A stretch of 64,000 nucleotides of DNA, from the NCBI RefSeq assembly GCF_044704955.1, contig NC_091984.1, positions 148,056,001-148,120,000 on the forward strand, in the 5' to 3' direction. The stretch comes from Pristiophorus japonicus. Lineage: Eukaryota. This document shows positions 61,851 through 64,000 of this stretch, piece after piece. The translations under genes were made by a program, and so were the position numbers. The notes beneath the pieces are model-generated. The model did not search any database. It was not told the origin of the DNA and saw only the letters and a list, made by a program, of their open reading frames with translations. The first letter of the stretch is position 1. Every line of letters starts with the position of its first letter.

Positions 61851-62446
61851 GACGTGTTACTACTGTTGTACAGGGCCTTGGTGAGGCCATACCTGGAGTA
61901 TTGTGTACAGTTTTGGTCTCCTAACCTGAGGAAGGACATTCTTGCTATTGAGGGAGTGCAGCGAAGGTTCACCAGACTGATTCCCGGGATGGCGGGACTG
62001 ACATATCAAGAAAGACTGGATCAACTGGGCTTGTATTCACTGGAGTTCAGAAGAATGAGAGGGAATCTCATAGAAACGTTTAAAATTCTGATGGGTTTAG
62101 ATAGGTTAGATGCAGGAAGAATGTTCCCAATGTTGGGGAAGTCCAGAACCAGAGGTCACAGTCTAAGGATAAGGGCTAAGCCATTTAGGACCGAGATGAG
62201 GATAAACTTCTTCACCTAGAGAGTAGTGAACCTGTGGAATTCTCTACCACAGAAAGTTGTTGAGGCCAATTCACTAAATATATTCAAAAAGGAGTTAGAT
62301 GTAGTCCTTACTATTAGGGGGATCAAGGCGTATGGCGAGAAAGCAGGAATGAGGTACTGAAGTTGCATGTTCAGCCATGAACTTATTGAACGCAGGCTCG
62401 AAGGGCCGAATGGCCTACTCCTGCACCTATTTTCTATGTTTCTATG
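61851..62446 (+). mobile_element. CR1 3' fragment with (CTATGTTT)n tail
   Basis: LYRALVRPYLEYCVQFWSP motif and tail. Confidence 0.88.
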
Positions 62447-64000
62447 CTTGAACTGTACAAAACACTGTTTCGGCCACAGCAGGAGTACTGCGTGCAGTTC
62501 TGGTCACCACATTACAGGAAAGATGTGATTGCACTGGAAAGGGTGCAGAGGTTACAGGGCTACGGACAAAGAGCTAGAAAGTGGGATGAGGCTGGATAGC
62601 TCTTGATCAGCCGGTGCAGACACGGTGGGCTGAAACGGATTCCCTCCATGCTGTGAATTTCTATGATTCTATCATGGATAGATGCATCTACAACAGGTAG
62701 ATTGATGAGGACGAGGTCAAGTAGGTTTTTCCCTTGTGTTGGTTCTCTCCCCACCTGCTCTGGGCCCAGTCTGGCAGATATGTCACAGAATCATAGAATC
62801 ACAGAGGTTTACAGCACAGAAGGAGGCCATTTCAGACCATCATGTCCGCGCCGCCCAACAAAGAGCTACCCAGCCTAATCCAACTTTCCAGCTCTGGGTC
62901 CATAGCCCTGCAGGTTACGGAACTTCAAGTGCACATCCAAGAACTTTTTAAATGTGGTGAGGGTTTCTGCCTCTACTAACGAAGGACCTAATATTCCAGG
63001 TCCTGACCTACATCCTGAAGGGTGGAAGATGCCTGTGCGTGGATTTTTTTTAACATGTGGTGACCGTTGCACACCAGCCTTCACACGGGCTCGACAGAGC
63101 TAGGTCTTGGTCCAGTGGCAAGGGTTAACCAGGACGACTGGAGACCTGCTCTGCTGTACGGACCGAGTGTGCACACATATCGCAGTGTGGGCTGGCCCGT
63201 GCTGCCCCTGGGCCCCTGGCCACACCCCCACGACCCTCTGGGTGAAGAAATTTCCCCTCAAGTCCCCTCTAATCCTCCCCTCAATTACTTTAAATCTATG
63301 CCCCCTGCTTGTTGAGCTGGAGGAAGAAATTCAGAAACTCCAATCCTGAGTTCAAGCACAGACCATTGCTTCCTTGAGTATGAATTGAAGCATAATTAAA
63401 GTTACATGCTCTGTTGAAGATTTTGTTCATGGGAATAAAACTTATTTTACTGTAGGAGAGAGCAATTTCAGATAATATTTTTGTGCCTGGCTAACAGAAA
63501 TAGGTCCATCCTACCAACTCTTTCCAGGCCCCTCATAATTTTATACACCGCAATCAGGTCTCCCATCAGCCTCCTCTGTCCAAAGAAAACAAACCCAGCC
63601 TATCCCATCGTTCCTCATAGTTAAAATTCTCCAGTCCAGGCAACATCCTCGTAAATCCTCTCTTTAACGTCTCGTCCGAAGAAATCATACTGTTAATGAA
63701 ACACTGAAGGCAAGAACTTTGAAATGGTGGGAATACTCAATGTATCAAGACAGGAACATTGTCAACATTGATTGTGACATCATGCACTCACAACCTCCCC
63801 ATAGTATGCACAATGTGAGCACCAGACCCGAGGACAGAACCCAAGGAGATGTGCCCAGCACCAATCCAGGACAATGATCAATGTAAAGCCAAAGCTGAAT
63901 GTTATCAGGGCTGCTTTGCCGATGATTGGCCCTGTGATCGCGGGCACCAGCAGCACACACACCTCTTGTGGGTACAGTCGTGTTGTGGTTATGTTGCTGC

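Noticed and set aside
63745-63962. Short hydrophobic minus-strand ORF near the window end
   Set aside because: No Ig leader, V or J motifs and no recognisable family; cannot be supported.

Overview
Repeat-dense vertebrate DNA, most likely a shark or other cartilaginous fish, judged from an NS4/kappa-type Ig light-chain C exon and the CR1/L2/SINE repertoire. The only clear host exon is an intact Ig kappa-type constant exon (46964-47292, minus strand). No V or J segment is visible, but a candidate B-cell enhancer island lies at ~55.9 kb. The main feature is a complete, apparently coding-intact endogenous retrovirus (6893-15821): 476-bp LTRs with ~7 mismatches, CAGCC TSD and a tRNA-Ser PBS, nested inside a Gypsy element. 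It has gamma/epsilon-style gag-UAG-pol and a CNPase-like 2H-phosphoesterase domain between protease and RT. A hidden 48-aa single-pass membrane ORF overlaps the env start in a vpu/env-like layout, and the class III-type env lacks a furin site and fusion peptide. The window also holds Tx1, CR1, L2 and RTE LINE relics, a degraded loki/spuma-like ERV with very divergent LTRs, and a Harbinger transposon. An LTR-bounded inverted duplication, an importin-alpha-like pseudogene and several minisatellites complete it. All family assignments come from motif recognition by eye; no searches were run.
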